From the IMG/VR virus record IMGVR_UViG_3300046170_000428: a DNA stretch of 64,000 nucleotides; one strand, 5' to 3'. The notes under the pieces are model-generated. The model made no database searches, was not told the origin of the DNA, and saw only the letters and a list, made by a program, of their open reading frames with translations. The translations under genes were made by a program, and so were the position numbers. Positions 48,497-58,369 of this stretch are shown piece after piece (positions within the stretch are counted from its first letter, which is position 1; each line of letters starts with the position of its first letter). This DNA comes from an uncultured virus (IMG/VR IMGVR_UViG_3300046170_000428) (Duplodnaviria; Heunggongvirae; Uroviricota; Caudoviricetes).

Positions 48497-49645
48497 TGAT
48501 ATCTAGTTTTAAAAGTTATTTAATTGAAGAGGAAAAAGTAGTTTATTTTACTTTTCGGTAGAATGAATCCACCGACTATTGGGCATGAGAAACTTTTAAA
48601 TAAATTAGCATCTGCTTCAAAGGTCAAATCCATATCAGAGTTTATTTATCTCAATCAAGCGATCCAAAAAAGAATCCATTAGATTACAAATCTAAAGTTA
48701 AATATGCTCGTAAAATGTTTCCAAAGCATGCTAGATCAATTATGATTGACTACTAAAGTTAAAAATGCACTTGATATTGCTACAAAGCTATATGATGAAG
48801 GATTTAAAAAAATTGTAATGGTTGTTGGTTCTGATAGAACTACTGAATTTGAAACACTATTGAATAAATATAACGGTAAACAAGGTAGACATGGTCTATA
48901 TAATTTTCAAGGTATTGATGTAATATCAGCAGGTGATAGAGATCCTGATGCTGAAGGCGCGTCAGGAATGTCAGCTTCTAAAATGCGTAAAGCTGCATCA
49001 GAAGATGACTTTCCAACATTTGCTCAAGGCTTACCAAAGACTATAAAGAATAATGATGCTAAAGCGATTTATAATGATGTTCGTAAAGGTATGGGATTAA
49101 AAGAACAAAAAGAATTTAAAAATCATGTTCAATTTGAACCTGTCTCAGCCGTCCGTGAAGCTTTCCGTGAAGGGATGTTTAAAGTTGGAGAAGAAGTTGT
49201 TTTAACTCGAAAAGGTATTGTTGGAAAAATTCAAGTACTTGGTACTAATTACGTTATCGTAGAATCAAAAGGTGAAAAGTGGAGAGCCTGGCCTGATGAT
49301 ATTTCAAAAGTAGATCCAAATTATAATCCTATGGTTCCAGAAGAATATAAGTATGAGTTTGGAACTCCTGAGGCAACTAAGTTTGCAAAGAAAATGACAC
49401 CAGGACAAAGTGAAGCAAGACAAGATCCTGATATTGGTGACAGAAAAGGTGCACAACCTGCTAATTATTTTAAAGGAATTAAATCAAAAGCTACTAAAGC
49501 AAAGAGAGATGCTCAGTTTAAAAAGCAAGCAAAGATGGATGATGACGATCCGGCAGCATATAAACCTGCCCCGGGTGATGCAAGTGCAAAAACAAAACCG
49601 AGTAAACATACAAAGAAATTTAAACAGATGTTTGGGGACGACTAA
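48496..49645 (+). CDS. HIGH-family cytidylyl/nucleotidyltransferase with C-terminal extension; N-part frameshifted
   Basis: Reconstructed MISSFKSYLIEE...FTFGRMNPPTIGH; VVGSDR; GMSASKMR. Confidence 0.8.
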
Positions 49646-49899
49646 TGAGATTTAAAGAATATATTAACGAAGGGCCAAATGACGAAGCTTTAAAAAAGAA
49701 AGCTGAAAAGTCAGGTATGCCTTTAGGCATATTAAGAAAGGTATATGACCGAGGTGTTGCAGCCTGGAGAACAGGCCATAGACCTGGAACAACTCCACAA
49801 CAATGGGGTTTAGCTCGCGTTAATTCTTTTGTCACAAAATCATCAGGAACATGGGGTAAGGCGGATAAAGACCTTGCTGCAAAAGTAAGGGGAAGCTAA
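49645..49899 (+). CDS. DUF5824-like protein
   Basis: LRKVYDRGVAAWRTGHRPG..QQWGLARVNSF. Confidence 0.7.
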   Translation: MRFKEYINEGPNDEALKKKAEKSGMPLGILRKVYDRGVAAWRTGHRPGTTPQQWGLARVNSFVTKSSGTWGKADKDLAAKVRGS

Positions 49900-49900
49900 A

Positions 49901-50116
49901 ATGGAAAAATTTAGTAAGTTTATAGTAGAAAAAGTTAATCCTATGGCACAAAAAAACATAGAAAAAATGATTAAAGATAAAAAATACAAAGGGAATACGA
50001 GTGCTCTTATTAAAGATGTTATGAAGAAATTTCCAAATGAATATAAAAGTGATATTGTCAAAAACATGATAAAGAAACACGCAGAAACAAATGAATCAAC
50101 CTATTGGATATGGTAA
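49901..50116 (+). CDS. hypothetical protein
   Basis: Start MEKFSKFIVE; the 3' end may be frameshifted. Confidence 0.6.
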   Translation: MEKFSKFIVEKVNPMAQKNIEKMIKDKKYKGNTSALIKDVMKKFPNEYKSDIVKNMIKKHAETNESTYWIW

Positions 50117-50232
50117 AGCCATGGTTAAAAAGCAAAGAGATCAAAAGAAAGCCATGATCTCCACGAAAGACAAAAATACGCTTGGCAAATTAGCAGCGCT
50201 AATGGCCAAACAGCCAAAGAGGAAAAAATAAA

Positions 50233-50400
50233 ATGCCATTAAAAGTGTCAGACGGTATTGAGGCTTGGATTGACGATTTTAGAAAATCTGATGCCCCACA
50301 ATTTAAAGGGAAAAATAAAGAAGAGCGTAGAGATATGGCTGTTGCCGCTTATCTTTCTGCTAAACGCGGACCTCTTAAAGACGAACAGGTTAAGCAATGA
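50233..50400 (+). CDS. small hypothetical protein (55 aa)
   Basis: WIDDFRKSDAPQFKGKNKEERRDMAVAAY; not in the ORF track. Confidence 0.65.
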   Translation: MPLKVSDGIEAWIDDFRKSDAPQFKGKNKEERRDMAVAAYLSAKRGPLKDEQVKQ

Positions 50401-50987
50401 CTGCTAAACAAAAAGCTGAATATGACAGACAAATTGCTGCGTTTAAAGCAAAAGGTGGTAAGATTAAAAAACTAGCACCAGGCAAGGCAGCCGGATATCA
50501 TGGTAAAGATGATCTAGGCACCGGCATGAAAGGTATGCTTGACAAAGGTGACACTAGAGGTATTGGTACTCGTAAAAAGGCTCGTTCAATGAGAGCTAGT
50601 TATGATGCTACTAAAGAATGGCAAGAAATGTATGGCGATGTTATTTTAGAAAATGCTAAGCTAAAAAAGATTAAACAACTTGGTATGCTCGGCTTAGTTG
50701 ACAAAGGCGATGTACAAAAGCTTATGACTGCTATGAAAGCTATGGATGCTGGTAAAGAAGTTCCAAAGAATCAGAGAGCAGTAATCTTTGATGCGTTTAA
50801 TAGTTTAATTGATTTGGTTACTGGTGACACTACAGTTTTCCAAAAAGCAAAGAAATCTGTTAAAGAAGAAGTCATTGGTGAAGGTAAAAAAGAAAAAACG
50901 TATGTTAGAATGATGCAAAATAAAGTGCAAGATGTGCAGAAAGTATTAGATCCAAAATCTGCCCTTGTTAAAAAAGTAGATTTCTGA
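50397..50987 (+). CDS. hypothetical protein
   Basis: 196 aa; may be fused to 51010 through an indel. Confidence 0.65.
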   Translation: MTAKQKAEYDRQIAAFKAKGGKIKKLAPGKAAGYHGKDDLGTGMKGMLDKGDTRGIGTRKKARSMRASYDATKEWQEMYGDVILENAKLKKIKQLGMLGLVDKGDVQKLMTAMKAMDAGKEVPKNQRAVIFDAFNSLIDLVTGDTTVFQKAKKSVKEEVIGEGKKEKTYVRMMQNKVQDVQKVLDPKSALVKKVDF

Positions 50988-51009
50988 CACTGGTAAAGGT
51001 AAGGAGTTC

Positions 51010-51705
51010 ATGAAAATCCATAAAATGTTAATTGATGTGGATGACATGTTAGGTGATATTGAAATGAACGTTAAAGAAGCCTTTAATAAAAAAGCACCTA
51101 AAATGACGTATGCTCTTGTTGGTAAAGATATGAAAATCTATTCGATGGGTAGTGATGAAAGAGACTTAAAATTAGATAGGCGTTCTTTAGAAAAAAGATT
51201 TAAAGCTGCCGCACCTTTAAAATTAGCAAGACTAAAAACTGCACAGAGTCTTGGTGACAAAGTTGACAAGTCTCAACTTAAAGAAGAAGTTGAAAAGGAT
51301 CCAAACGAATACGATAACGAAGGTGAAATGATGAAAGATCATCTTGATATCATAATGGATGCTGCAGATGAAATCTACGATATAGTAGATGATGATGAAA
51401 ATTTACCAGAGTGGTGCCAGAATAAAATTACAAAAGGAGCAGATTACATTGATTCAGTCCGTGACTATTTAATGTCACAAGAAAGAGATGAACCAGAAGA
51501 TGCTACAAATGAAGCAATACGTATGGTAAAAGATACAAATGCCATGACTCGTTATAAAATGATGGTAAATAAAGGACAAGTAGATGACGATGGCATCCGT
51601 ATGGCAATTGATAATCCAAAGCACCCAGAAGTTAAACGATTAATGAAAGATAAAAAGTTTAAATCTGCACTAGATCTTTATAAACAGGCATTAGGTATCA
51701 AATAA
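51010..51705 (+). CDS. hypothetical protein
   Basis: EYDNEGEM...LPEWCQNKITKGADYIDSVRDYL. Confidence 0.7.
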   Translation: MKIHKMLIDVDDMLGDIEMNVKEAFNKKAPKMTYALVGKDMKIYSMGSDERDLKLDRRSLEKRFKAAAPLKLARLKTAQSLGDKVDKSQLKEEVEKDPNEYDNEGEMMKDHLDIIMDAADEIYDIVDDDENLPEWCQNKITKGADYIDSVRDYLMSQERDEPEDATNEAIRMVKDTNAMTRYKMMVNKGQVDDDGIRMAIDNPKHPEVKRLMKDKKFKSALDLYKQALGIK

Positions 51706-51950
51706 TGCAAAGATTTAAGGGATTTGTAGAAGGTCAAAAAGGTGCAACTGATGCACCAAAGGGACCAGAGTCTTATGAAGACCAATATAAGCGTAGGCTT
51801 GTAAAGACTACAGATCCTGAGCATAAAGAACAAGGATTCAAGTGGAGAATCAAAGGTAAAAAGAATAATGCTTTGACTAAAAAATTATATAAGAATAAAC
51901 CAAGTCAAGCAGAGTTTAATAAACAAATGAAAAGAATTGCAGGGTCATGA
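51705..51950 (+). CDS. hypothetical protein
   Basis: Start MQRFKGFVE. Confidence 0.7.
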   Translation: MQRFKGFVEGQKGATDAPKGPESYEDQYKRRLVKTTDPEHKEQGFKWRIKGKKNNALTKKLYKNKPSQAEFNKQMKRIAGS

Positions 51951-52312
51951 ATTTGGATAGATTTAAAACATTTGCATTTGGTCTATATGAGGGATTACAA
52001 GTTCCATTAGAAACTCCAATGTTGGAGGCTGATGATGTAGAACTAAACTCTCCAAAAAGATCAAGTGGAAAAAAGAAATATGTTGTTTATGTTAAGAATC
52101 CAAAAACAGGCAATGTAAAGAAAATAGAATTTGGCGATGAAAAAGGTGGTCTCACATCAAAAATTAATGATCGTGATGCTGCCAGAGCATTTGCCGCTAG
52201 ACATAATTGTGATACTAAAACTGATAAATTATCACCTGGTTACTGGGCATGCAGATTGCCTAAGTATGCCAGTAAGTTAGGATTAAAAGGTGGAGGTAGT
52301 TATTTCTGGTAA
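51947..52312 (+). CDS. conserved viral hypothetical protein
   Basis: KKYVVYVKNPKTGNVKKIEFG...FAARHNC...GYWAC. Confidence 0.75.
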   Translation: MNLDRFKTFAFGLYEGLQVPLETPMLEADDVELNSPKRSSGKKKYVVYVKNPKTGNVKKIEFGDEKGGLTSKINDRDAARAFAARHNCDTKTDKLSPGYWACRLPKYASKLGLKGGGSYFW

Positions 52313-52559
52313 ACCATATGTAGATGATGGAAATATTAGATCTTTTAATGTCGATCAACCGGTTGAAGAGTTTGTTTGGCATCGAGATAAAGAAGATAGG
52401 ATTATTGAAATCATTGAAGGAGAAGGTTGGCAATTACAGTTTGAAAATTGTTTACCATTTTTAGTAAAACCAGGAATGAAATTTGAAATAATTAAAGATG
52501 AATATCATAGATTACTTAAAGGCGCAACAGATCTTAAAATAAAGATTGAAAAGCAATGA
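52290..52559 (+). CDS. cupin-like small protein
   Basis: WHRD.EDR, GWQLQ, YHRL. Confidence 0.65.
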   Translation: MEVVISGKPYVDDGNIRSFNVDQPVEEFVWHRDKEDRIIEIIEGEGWQLQFENCLPFLVKPGMKFEIIKDEYHRLLKGATDLKIKIEKQ

Positions 52560-52858
52560 AAACAAAATCAGGAAAAGATGTGATGCCAAACACACAACAA
52601 AGACTCGATAGAATCGAGGAAAAAATTGATAAACTATCTGAAGCTATTGTGTCTTTGGCTCGAGCTGAAGAAAGAATAAATTCAATTGCAGATATGCACA
52701 CGCATCAAACTGAAAGATTAAATAGATTATCTAATAAAATAGATGATATTGCGGCTCAAACCGCAGATAATGCTAGAACGGTCCAACTTATCAACAAACT
52801 GTTCTGGGTAGTAATAGCGGCCGCAACCGCGGCAATTGCTAGTAACATCTGGATGTAG
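52556..52858 (+). CDS. coiled-coil protein with C-terminal TM
   Basis: RLDRIEEKIDKL...LARAEE; hydrophobic tail. Confidence 0.7.
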   Translation: MKTKSGKDVMPNTQQRLDRIEEKIDKLSEAIVSLARAEERINSIADMHTHQTERLNRLSNKIDDIAAQTADNARTVQLINKLFWVVIAAATAAIASNIWM

Positions 52859-52869
52859 GAGTAAAACAG

Positions 52870-53688
52870 ATGAAAAATATGATAAATGGTGTTCGGGCCG
52901 CACTAGAACAAATGGCCGAAGCTAAAACAGCCGAAGGCAATAAATTCACAAAAGAATTAATGGCCGCAAGAAAGAATGGTGATGCTACTTTTACTGTTGC
53001 TGGTAAAGAATATAAAGTAGAAGATTTTAAGCATCTTAAAATGGCTCAAAATGTTGCAGAAGCAGAAGTAAAATATCCGCATATGATGTATGATCCAAAA
53101 ACTGGTAAAGGGGTAGAAGCTAAAACTCCTGAAGATCATGAAAAATTAGCTAAAATGGGTTATACTCATGACAAGCCAAAAAATGATAATGACGACGATG
53201 ATGATGATAACGAGGTAGATGAAGCAAAACTTGATCCTGTCGGTAAAGCTGATGCTGATATCGATAATGATGGTGATGTTGATGCTTCAGATAAGTATCT
53301 TAAAAATAGACGTAAGGCAATAGGTAAAGCTATGAAAAAAGAATCAACAGTTCGTGAAAGATTAACATCTATCTGGGAAGATGCTGCTGGTGCTAAACGC
53401 ACTATGGGTGCAACTGATCCAGAGCCAATGCCAAAAGATGATGAGCGTAGCGCAAAGAAAATGAAAGCAGGTCATCCAGTTGCTAGACCAAACCAAGGTT
53501 TTGGTGATGACAACTCTGATGATATGGAAAAAGCAACTAAGCCTTCACCTACACGTACTGGTGATAAACCACAAGGTGATAAGGCTGCTATAAAATCTGC
53601 AACTCCTGATCATCCAGCAAATAAAACTACAAAAGAGCAATTTGATGCACTTGCTAAAGCTTGGGAAGAGGTAAAAAATGGCAATTAA
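52870..53688 (+). CDS. hypothetical protein, possibly head-internal
   Basis: DIDNDGDVD; Asp run; HMMYDPKTG. Confidence 0.75.
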   Translation: MKNMINGVRAALEQMAEAKTAEGNKFTKELMAARKNGDATFTVAGKEYKVEDFKHLKMAQNVAEAEVKYPHMMYDPKTGKGVEAKTPEDHEKLAKMGYTHDKPKNDNDDDDDDNEVDEAKLDPVGKADADIDNDGDVDASDKYLKNRRKAIGKAMKKESTVRERLTSIWEDAAGAKRTMGATDPEPMPKDDERSAKKMKAGHPVARPNQGFGDDNSDDMEKATKPSPTRTGDKPQGDKAAIKSATPDHPANKTTKEQFDALAKAWEEVKNGN

Positions 53689-53965
53689 GAGAATCGGCGG
53701 AGTAGCTGGTCCAAGTGGATCCATTCCAACAGCAAAGGGTTGGGTCCATCCAAGAACTGGTGAACTTCTTAAATCACAGCGTATTACTCAAGAACAACTT
53801 GATGAGTATAACGGAGTACAATTATTAGTAGAACCTACAATTGTAGAAGTTGCTACTCCTGAAATCAAGGTTGAGGAAGAAGTTGAAGAGATTATAGAAG
53901 CTCCAGCTCCAAAACCAAAGAAAAAAACAAGGGCAAAAAAGAAAAAGTTTGGATTACTCGGTTAA
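53678..53965 (+). CDS. hypothetical protein
   Basis: PTAKGWVHPRTGELLK. Confidence 0.7.
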   Translation: MAIKRIGGVAGPSGSIPTAKGWVHPRTGELLKSQRITQEQLDEYNGVQLLVEPTIVEVATPEIKVEEEVEEIIEAPAPKPKKKTRAKKKKFGLLG

Positions 53966-53983
53966 TATCTGATATATAATTTT

Positions 53984-54352
53984 ATGATGATATTTAATGA
54001 ATTAACCGAAGAAAATTTGTTGTTATATGCAGCAAAAGCATATTACAAACCAAACTTTTCTGACATAGAAGAGTTCCATGAGGACTTAAAGCGTTTTAAA
54101 TATATTAAGAGATTGGTAAATCGATATCTTGAGCATGAAGAATTATCTGAAAGATTAATATTAAATCATTTAATCGTAATTTTTAATTCTTTTGGTATCG
54201 AACCATCTCTTAAGATTTTAAAACTAAAATTAGAAGATAGGCATTGGCCGGTTGTAAAACCATTTTTGATATACTTAAAATATATTAAAGATGATGATAT
54301 TACTGGTCCTTTAATGGATCCAACGGTTGTAGATAGGCTAAGACAAATATGA
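53984..54352 (+). CDS. conserved T4-like hypothetical protein
   Basis: EF.EDLKRFKYIKRL...RLILNHLIV. Confidence 0.8.
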   Translation: MMIFNELTEENLLLYAAKAYYKPNFSDIEEFHEDLKRFKYIKRLVNRYLEHEELSERLILNHLIVIFNSFGIEPSLKILKLKLEDRHWPVVKPFLIYLKYIKDDDITGPLMDPTVVDRLRQI

Positions 54353-54933
54353 GTATTCTAAAACGTGGCGCAGATATGATCTATACCTTCCGATTTATTC
54401 GGATGCTTGTATTAGATTGGAAAAGCTGGGATGCATATAAAGAAGGCCTTATTGATGAAAAAGGCAAAAGGATTAAATCTCAGCCTATGGAGACAGCTGC
54501 TCAAAAGGCAGCATATACTCCTTTTATTCGTCTTTGTGCTAATGTCAAAAGATTACTTTCTAAAATTCCACTTGTAGGAACAGCATTGGGATCCTTTGCT
54601 GCAGCGTTATTTCTTATCAAAGAAAAATATAATTTAGATGATAAAAATCTTGCAAAAATTATGGAAGAGTTTGGATTTAAACCTGAAGACTTTTTAGCAG
54701 AAAATAACCAATGGTTTATGCTAGAAGATGGAACGATTGCTCCAGGTATATATCGCATTAAATCCGCAAAAGTTTGTAATCGTACTTTGGATGAAATTAT
54801 ATTACCTAAAGATCAAATAAAAGTAAATAATGGTTCACCAATAGGTGATGTTTTTGGAATAAATGTTTACGAAGCGACCCACGTGCGAACTGGGCAACAA
54901 TGCTATATATCTACAAGCGAGATTTATAAATGA
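54349..54933 (+). CDS. conserved T4-like hypothetical protein
   Basis: FRFIRML..W..WDAYKEGLIDEKG; SFAAALFLIKE. Confidence 0.8.
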   Translation: MSILKRGADMIYTFRFIRMLVLDWKSWDAYKEGLIDEKGKRIKSQPMETAAQKAAYTPFIRLCANVKRLLSKIPLVGTALGSFAAALFLIKEKYNLDDKNLAKIMEEFGFKPEDFLAENNQWFMLEDGTIAPGIYRIKSAKVCNRTLDEIILPKDQIKVNNGSPIGDVFGINVYEATHVRTGQQCYISTSEIYK

Positions 54934-54970
54934 GCCGCGTGGGACGAGTTTTAAAGAAAGGTCATGTAAT

Positions 54971-55141
54971 ATGAAAAGGAAACAAACAGAAGAAATAACA
55001 ACTACTGCAAATATTCCAAACCCAGCTACTACGGCTATGGGACCTCAAGCATTTCATGACAAAAGACGTAAAAAAGAAAAGTCAATAATGCTAAAGAGAT
55101 TTAGAGAATATTTCAAATCACGTGGTGTAGACATTGATTAG
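54971..55141 (+). CDS. small hypothetical protein
   Basis: Likely start MKRKQTEE within ORF 54863..55141. Confidence 0.5.
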   Translation: MKRKQTEEITTTANIPNPATTAMGPQAFHDKRRKKEKSIMLKRFREYFKSRGVDID

Positions 55142-55640
55142 AATATACGCTTTAATATTTGTTATTGCAATTCTTGGCGGTATAGGCTATGGAGCAAAAT
55201 ATTATTATGATACAACTCAAGCAACTATTGCCACTCTTCGTGAAAATAATGTTAAACTAGAATCTGCGGTAGAAACTGCAGAACAATCAGTTGCAACATT
55301 AAAAGGAGATTTAGTTAAGCTTGGTAATCTTAACAAAGAATTAAGTGTTTCATTACAAAAGGCAGAAGCTTATGGTGATGAACTCAGAACTAAATTAAGT
55401 AAATTAAATCTTGTTGTTGAGGCTTTACAAGACTCAAAACAATTAGAAGGAAAGATGAATGGTGCATCAGCAAAACTATGGCGCGGTCTCATGGAAGAGT
55501 CTGGCGGTGATGGCAAGCGTCCTAATCCTAAGTGGTTGCAGCGGGTTCCGGATGCCGGAACCGGAAATCAAAGTAGTGACCAAAGTGGAGAAGGTGCAAA
55601 TACCGACAGTAGCAAGGCCAAAACCACTTCAACTCAGTGA
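55134..55640 (+). CDS. inner-membrane spanin (Rz-like)
   Basis: N-terminal TM plus coiled coil; overlapped by a lipoprotein gene. Confidence 0.75.
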   Translation: MIRIYALIFVIAILGGIGYGAKYYYDTTQATIATLRENNVKLESAVETAEQSVATLKGDLVKLGNLNKELSVSLQKAEAYGDELRTKLSKLNLVVEALQDSKQLEGKMNGASAKLWRGLMEESGGDGKRPNPKWLQRVPDAGTGNQSSDQSGEGANTDSSKAKTTSTQ

Positions 55641-55851
55641 TACTCGAGTCTTTGTAGTTACAAAAGATAATTTTGAAGCTTTTGAAAAAGAGTTTACTGA
55701 ATTATATGGTGATTTAGCTTTTGTTGCTTTGAGTATGAGAGACTATGAAAACTTAGCACTTAATATTTCAGATTTACGTAGATTTTTAAACCAACAAAAT
55801 GAAATTATAGTATATTATGAAAAAGCAGTTACAGATACAGAGGAGAAGTAG
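55459..55851 (+). CDS. outer-membrane lipoprotein spanin (Rz1-like)
   Basis: Lipobox LSG|C; starts inside the i-spanin in another frame. Confidence 0.75.
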   Translation: MVHQQNYGAVSWKSLAVMASVLILSGCSGFRMPEPEIKVVTKVEKVQIPTVARPKPLQLSDTRVFVVTKDNFEAFEKEFTELYGDLAFVALSMRDYENLALNISDLRRFLNQQNEIIVYYEKAVTDTEEK

Positions 55852-55853
55852 CA

Positions 55854-56450
55854 ATGGATTTCATAATCGAACAACTTATTACATGGTGGCAATTCACCGT
55901 GGTGGGAATACTTATTATAATTGGTTTTATTATTAATTTTTTTGGAGTAGATCAAGATGAAGATCTTATCGGATTTAAATATAATGTCATGCCAAAATTA
56001 AGACCCATAGCAATACCTACAGCAGGTAAAGGTTTTTGGGGTGCAATATGGATGTGGCTAACAGGTACACGCCATTGGGAAATTGCAGATGATTGGGCCT
56101 TTTCAATTGAAGGTAAAGATTATGTTATTCCTCAAGGATTTACATTTGATGGCGCATCTATTCCAAAATTTCTACATACATGGTTATCACCAACTGGCGT
56201 ATTATTAATGGGTGGATTAGTGCATGACTATGCATATAAGTATGAAAGATTACTAAAATCAGGACAAAAAGAAGCTTCAGATAAAATGACTCAAAAAGAA
56301 GCAGATATAATTTTTAGAGATATAAACATTGAACAGAATGGATTTCATTTCCTTAACTATTTAGCATATTGGGCATTAAGAATTGGTGGATTTGTAGCAT
56401 GGAATGGACATCGTAAAGTTAATGCTAAAATAGAAGGAATAAACGAATGA
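55854..56450 (+). CDS. DUF1353 family membrane protein
   Basis: IPQGFTFDGASIP, VHDYAY, EADIIF. Confidence 0.8.
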   Translation: MDFIIEQLITWWQFTVVGILIIIGFIINFFGVDQDEDLIGFKYNVMPKLRPIAIPTAGKGFWGAIWMWLTGTRHWEIADDWAFSIEGKDYVIPQGFTFDGASIPKFLHTWLSPTGVLLMGGLVHDYAYKYERLLKSGQKEASDKMTQKEADIIFRDINIEQNGFHFLNYLAYWALRIGGFVAWNGHRKVNAKIEGINE

Positions 56451-56647
56451 TAGAAGCATTTATAATAAGTTTTATTGCATCATTTATGGTAGATAATATT
56501 GAATTTTTAAATATTAAAAAACAACAGGAAGAAGCTGGATATGTATGGGTTTATAAGCCCAAAGCTAGAGATCCTAATTTACCTGCAGCATTTCCTATTA
56601 AAAAACCAGATGGTTCAGAAAGAGTATTATGGGTTCTTGAAAAATAA
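56447..56647 (+). CDS. hypothetical protein
   Basis: 66-aa coupled ORF. Confidence 0.6.
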   Translation: MIEAFIISFIASFMVDNIEFLNIKKQQEEAGYVWVYKPKARDPNLPAAFPIKKPDGSERVLWVLEK

Positions 56648-57813
56648 TGTTGCCACCTATTCCGGGTACGACATTTAATTGTTCAGCTAAGCACGGATAT
56701 CTTTGTATTAAACCCATGGGTAATGTATTGCCATGTTGCCGATGGAAAGACTTTGAACCTCCATTAGATATGTTCGAGACTTTTGAAGATATTTTAGATT
56801 ATTATCAAAGGATTATTCATACTCCAAGTAAAGTTTGGCCACAGGGTTGTTCCTCATGTCATCGTGATGCTTCTAGTTCTACATGGAGTATGATGAACAC
56901 TATAAACAAAACGATTGAACGAAGTGGTAACACTATTCAGTATTTAGAAATCGGTTTTGATAATGTTTGTAATATGAACTGTGTTATGTGTAGTCCTCAA
57001 TATAGCAGTCGATGGGATAAGATTGTTAAAGATAATAAAGAATTTTTAAGTAAATATAATTTAAAAGAATATAATAGTCCACCTTCAATATATGATAATA
57101 TTATGCGTTTACTAGAAAGTAGCGATTTATCGCGACTTAATACAATTAGAATTATGGGTGGCGAACCCATGTATAGTAAAGCTTCATTAAAATTTTTAGA
57201 ATGGTTTATGGACAAAGATGTAAGTAATATTGAATTAATGTTTAATACTAATGCTACAGTATTTCCTACGAAATTCGTAGACTTATTTAAAAGATTTAAA
57301 TGCGTCATTCCAAAAACTTCGATTGATAGTGTTTATGAAATCGCCGAATGGGGAAGAAATAGTCCCATACCTTTTAAAAAAATTGAAGAAGTGGTTGGTT
57401 CGTGGAATGAATATGCAAGACAAAATAATAATGTTAAATTAACATGCTTTAGTACAATTACTTTAGCAAATATAGAACATCTTGGTGCTTTGTCAGAATG
57501 GTTAAATAATTATGATCAATATGTAATTAGACAAATAGGACTTGTTCACGCGAATAATTACATAACACCTTTAGCACTTTCAAGAAAAAACAGACAGCTA
57601 TTATGGCAAGAACAATATACTCGTTATGATGATATGAAGCTATTTGTAAATTATGAAACATTTTTAAATGCACATCAACTAGAAGGTTATCCAGTAAAAA
57701 ATATTATTGATTATATTGAATGGTGGGATACATTAAATAATAATAAATTTAAAGATCTATCACCAAAAGTATGGAAAGCGATAAATAATCTTTATAAAAA
57801 GGAGAACAAATAA
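56647..57813 (+). CDS. radical SAM protein with N-terminal SPASM/twitch-like Cys domain
   Basis: CNMNCVMC, GGEP, NTNAT; N-terminal LPCC...CSSC. Confidence 0.88.
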   Translation: MLPPIPGTTFNCSAKHGYLCIKPMGNVLPCCRWKDFEPPLDMFETFEDILDYYQRIIHTPSKVWPQGCSSCHRDASSSTWSMMNTINKTIERSGNTIQYLEIGFDNVCNMNCVMCSPQYSSRWDKIVKDNKEFLSKYNLKEYNSPPSIYDNIMRLLESSDLSRLNTIRIMGGEPMYSKASLKFLEWFMDKDVSNIELMFNTNATVFPTKFVDLFKRFKCVIPKTSIDSVYEIAEWGRNSPIPFKKIEEVVGSWNEYARQNNNVKLTCFSTITLANIEHLGALSEWLNNYDQYVIRQIGLVHANNYITPLALSRKNRQLLWQEQYTRYDDMKLFVNYETFLNAHQLEGYPVKNIIDYIEWWDTLNNNKFKDLSPKVWKAINNLYKKENK

Positions 57814-58247
57814 TGTACGAATACGGAGTTGTTGTTACAAAAGTTATTGATGGTGATACTGTTGACATAGATATTGATTTAGGATTTGGCGTTTGGTTAA
57901 AAGGTGAAAGAGTTAGATTGCATGGTGTAGACACACCTGAATCTCGTACTCGAGATCTTGAAGAAAAGAAATATGGATTAGCCGCAAAAGAATATGTAGA
58001 AGAATATTTAAATGCAGAAGTTATTCTCGGAATATCTCCAGCTAAAGCTATTTTAAGAACAAAACAATATGATGCAAAAGGAAAATTCGGTAGAATTTTA
58101 GGTGATTTGTATGTTGATGGAAAACCATACACTCTTTGTGAAGGACTATTACGCAATCATCATGCAGTAGCATATCATGGACAATCAAAAGAAGATATTG
58201 AAGAAGAACATTTAAAAAATAGAGAATTAGTTAAACTTAAAGAATAA
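57813..58247 (+). CDS. thermonuclease (SNase-like)
   Basis: VIDGDT, RVRLHGVDTPESRT, GKFGRILG. Confidence 0.9.
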   Translation: MYEYGVVVTKVIDGDTVDIDIDLGFGVWLKGERVRLHGVDTPESRTRDLEEKKYGLAAKEYVEEYLNAEVILGISPAKAILRTKQYDAKGKFGRILGDLYVDGKPYTLCEGLLRNHHAVAYHGQSKEDIEEEHLKNRELVKLKE

Positions 58248-58299
58248 ATTAATTATTTTTTTTATTTAAAATGAAAAAAAATAAAAAATAATTTTTATA

Positions 58300-58328
58300 T
58301 GTACAAACGCATAAAAACGATATATAAT
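58300..58328 (+). promoter_or_regulatory. TGTACA-N17-TATAAT promoter
   Basis: Exact motif upstream of the RNR gene. Confidence 0.8.
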
Positions 58329-58369
58329 ACTACCAATTAATAAATTAAGCAAATATACAGGAGAGTTTA

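Noticed and set aside
45808..51010. Many frameshifts in DUF6267-like, nucleotidyltransferase and neighbouring genes, read as pseudogenes or programmed frameshifting
   Set aside because: They are mostly single extra bases in short homopolymers, clustered in one region, with intact motifs and no in-frame decay. This fits sequencing or assembly error; raw reads would settle it.
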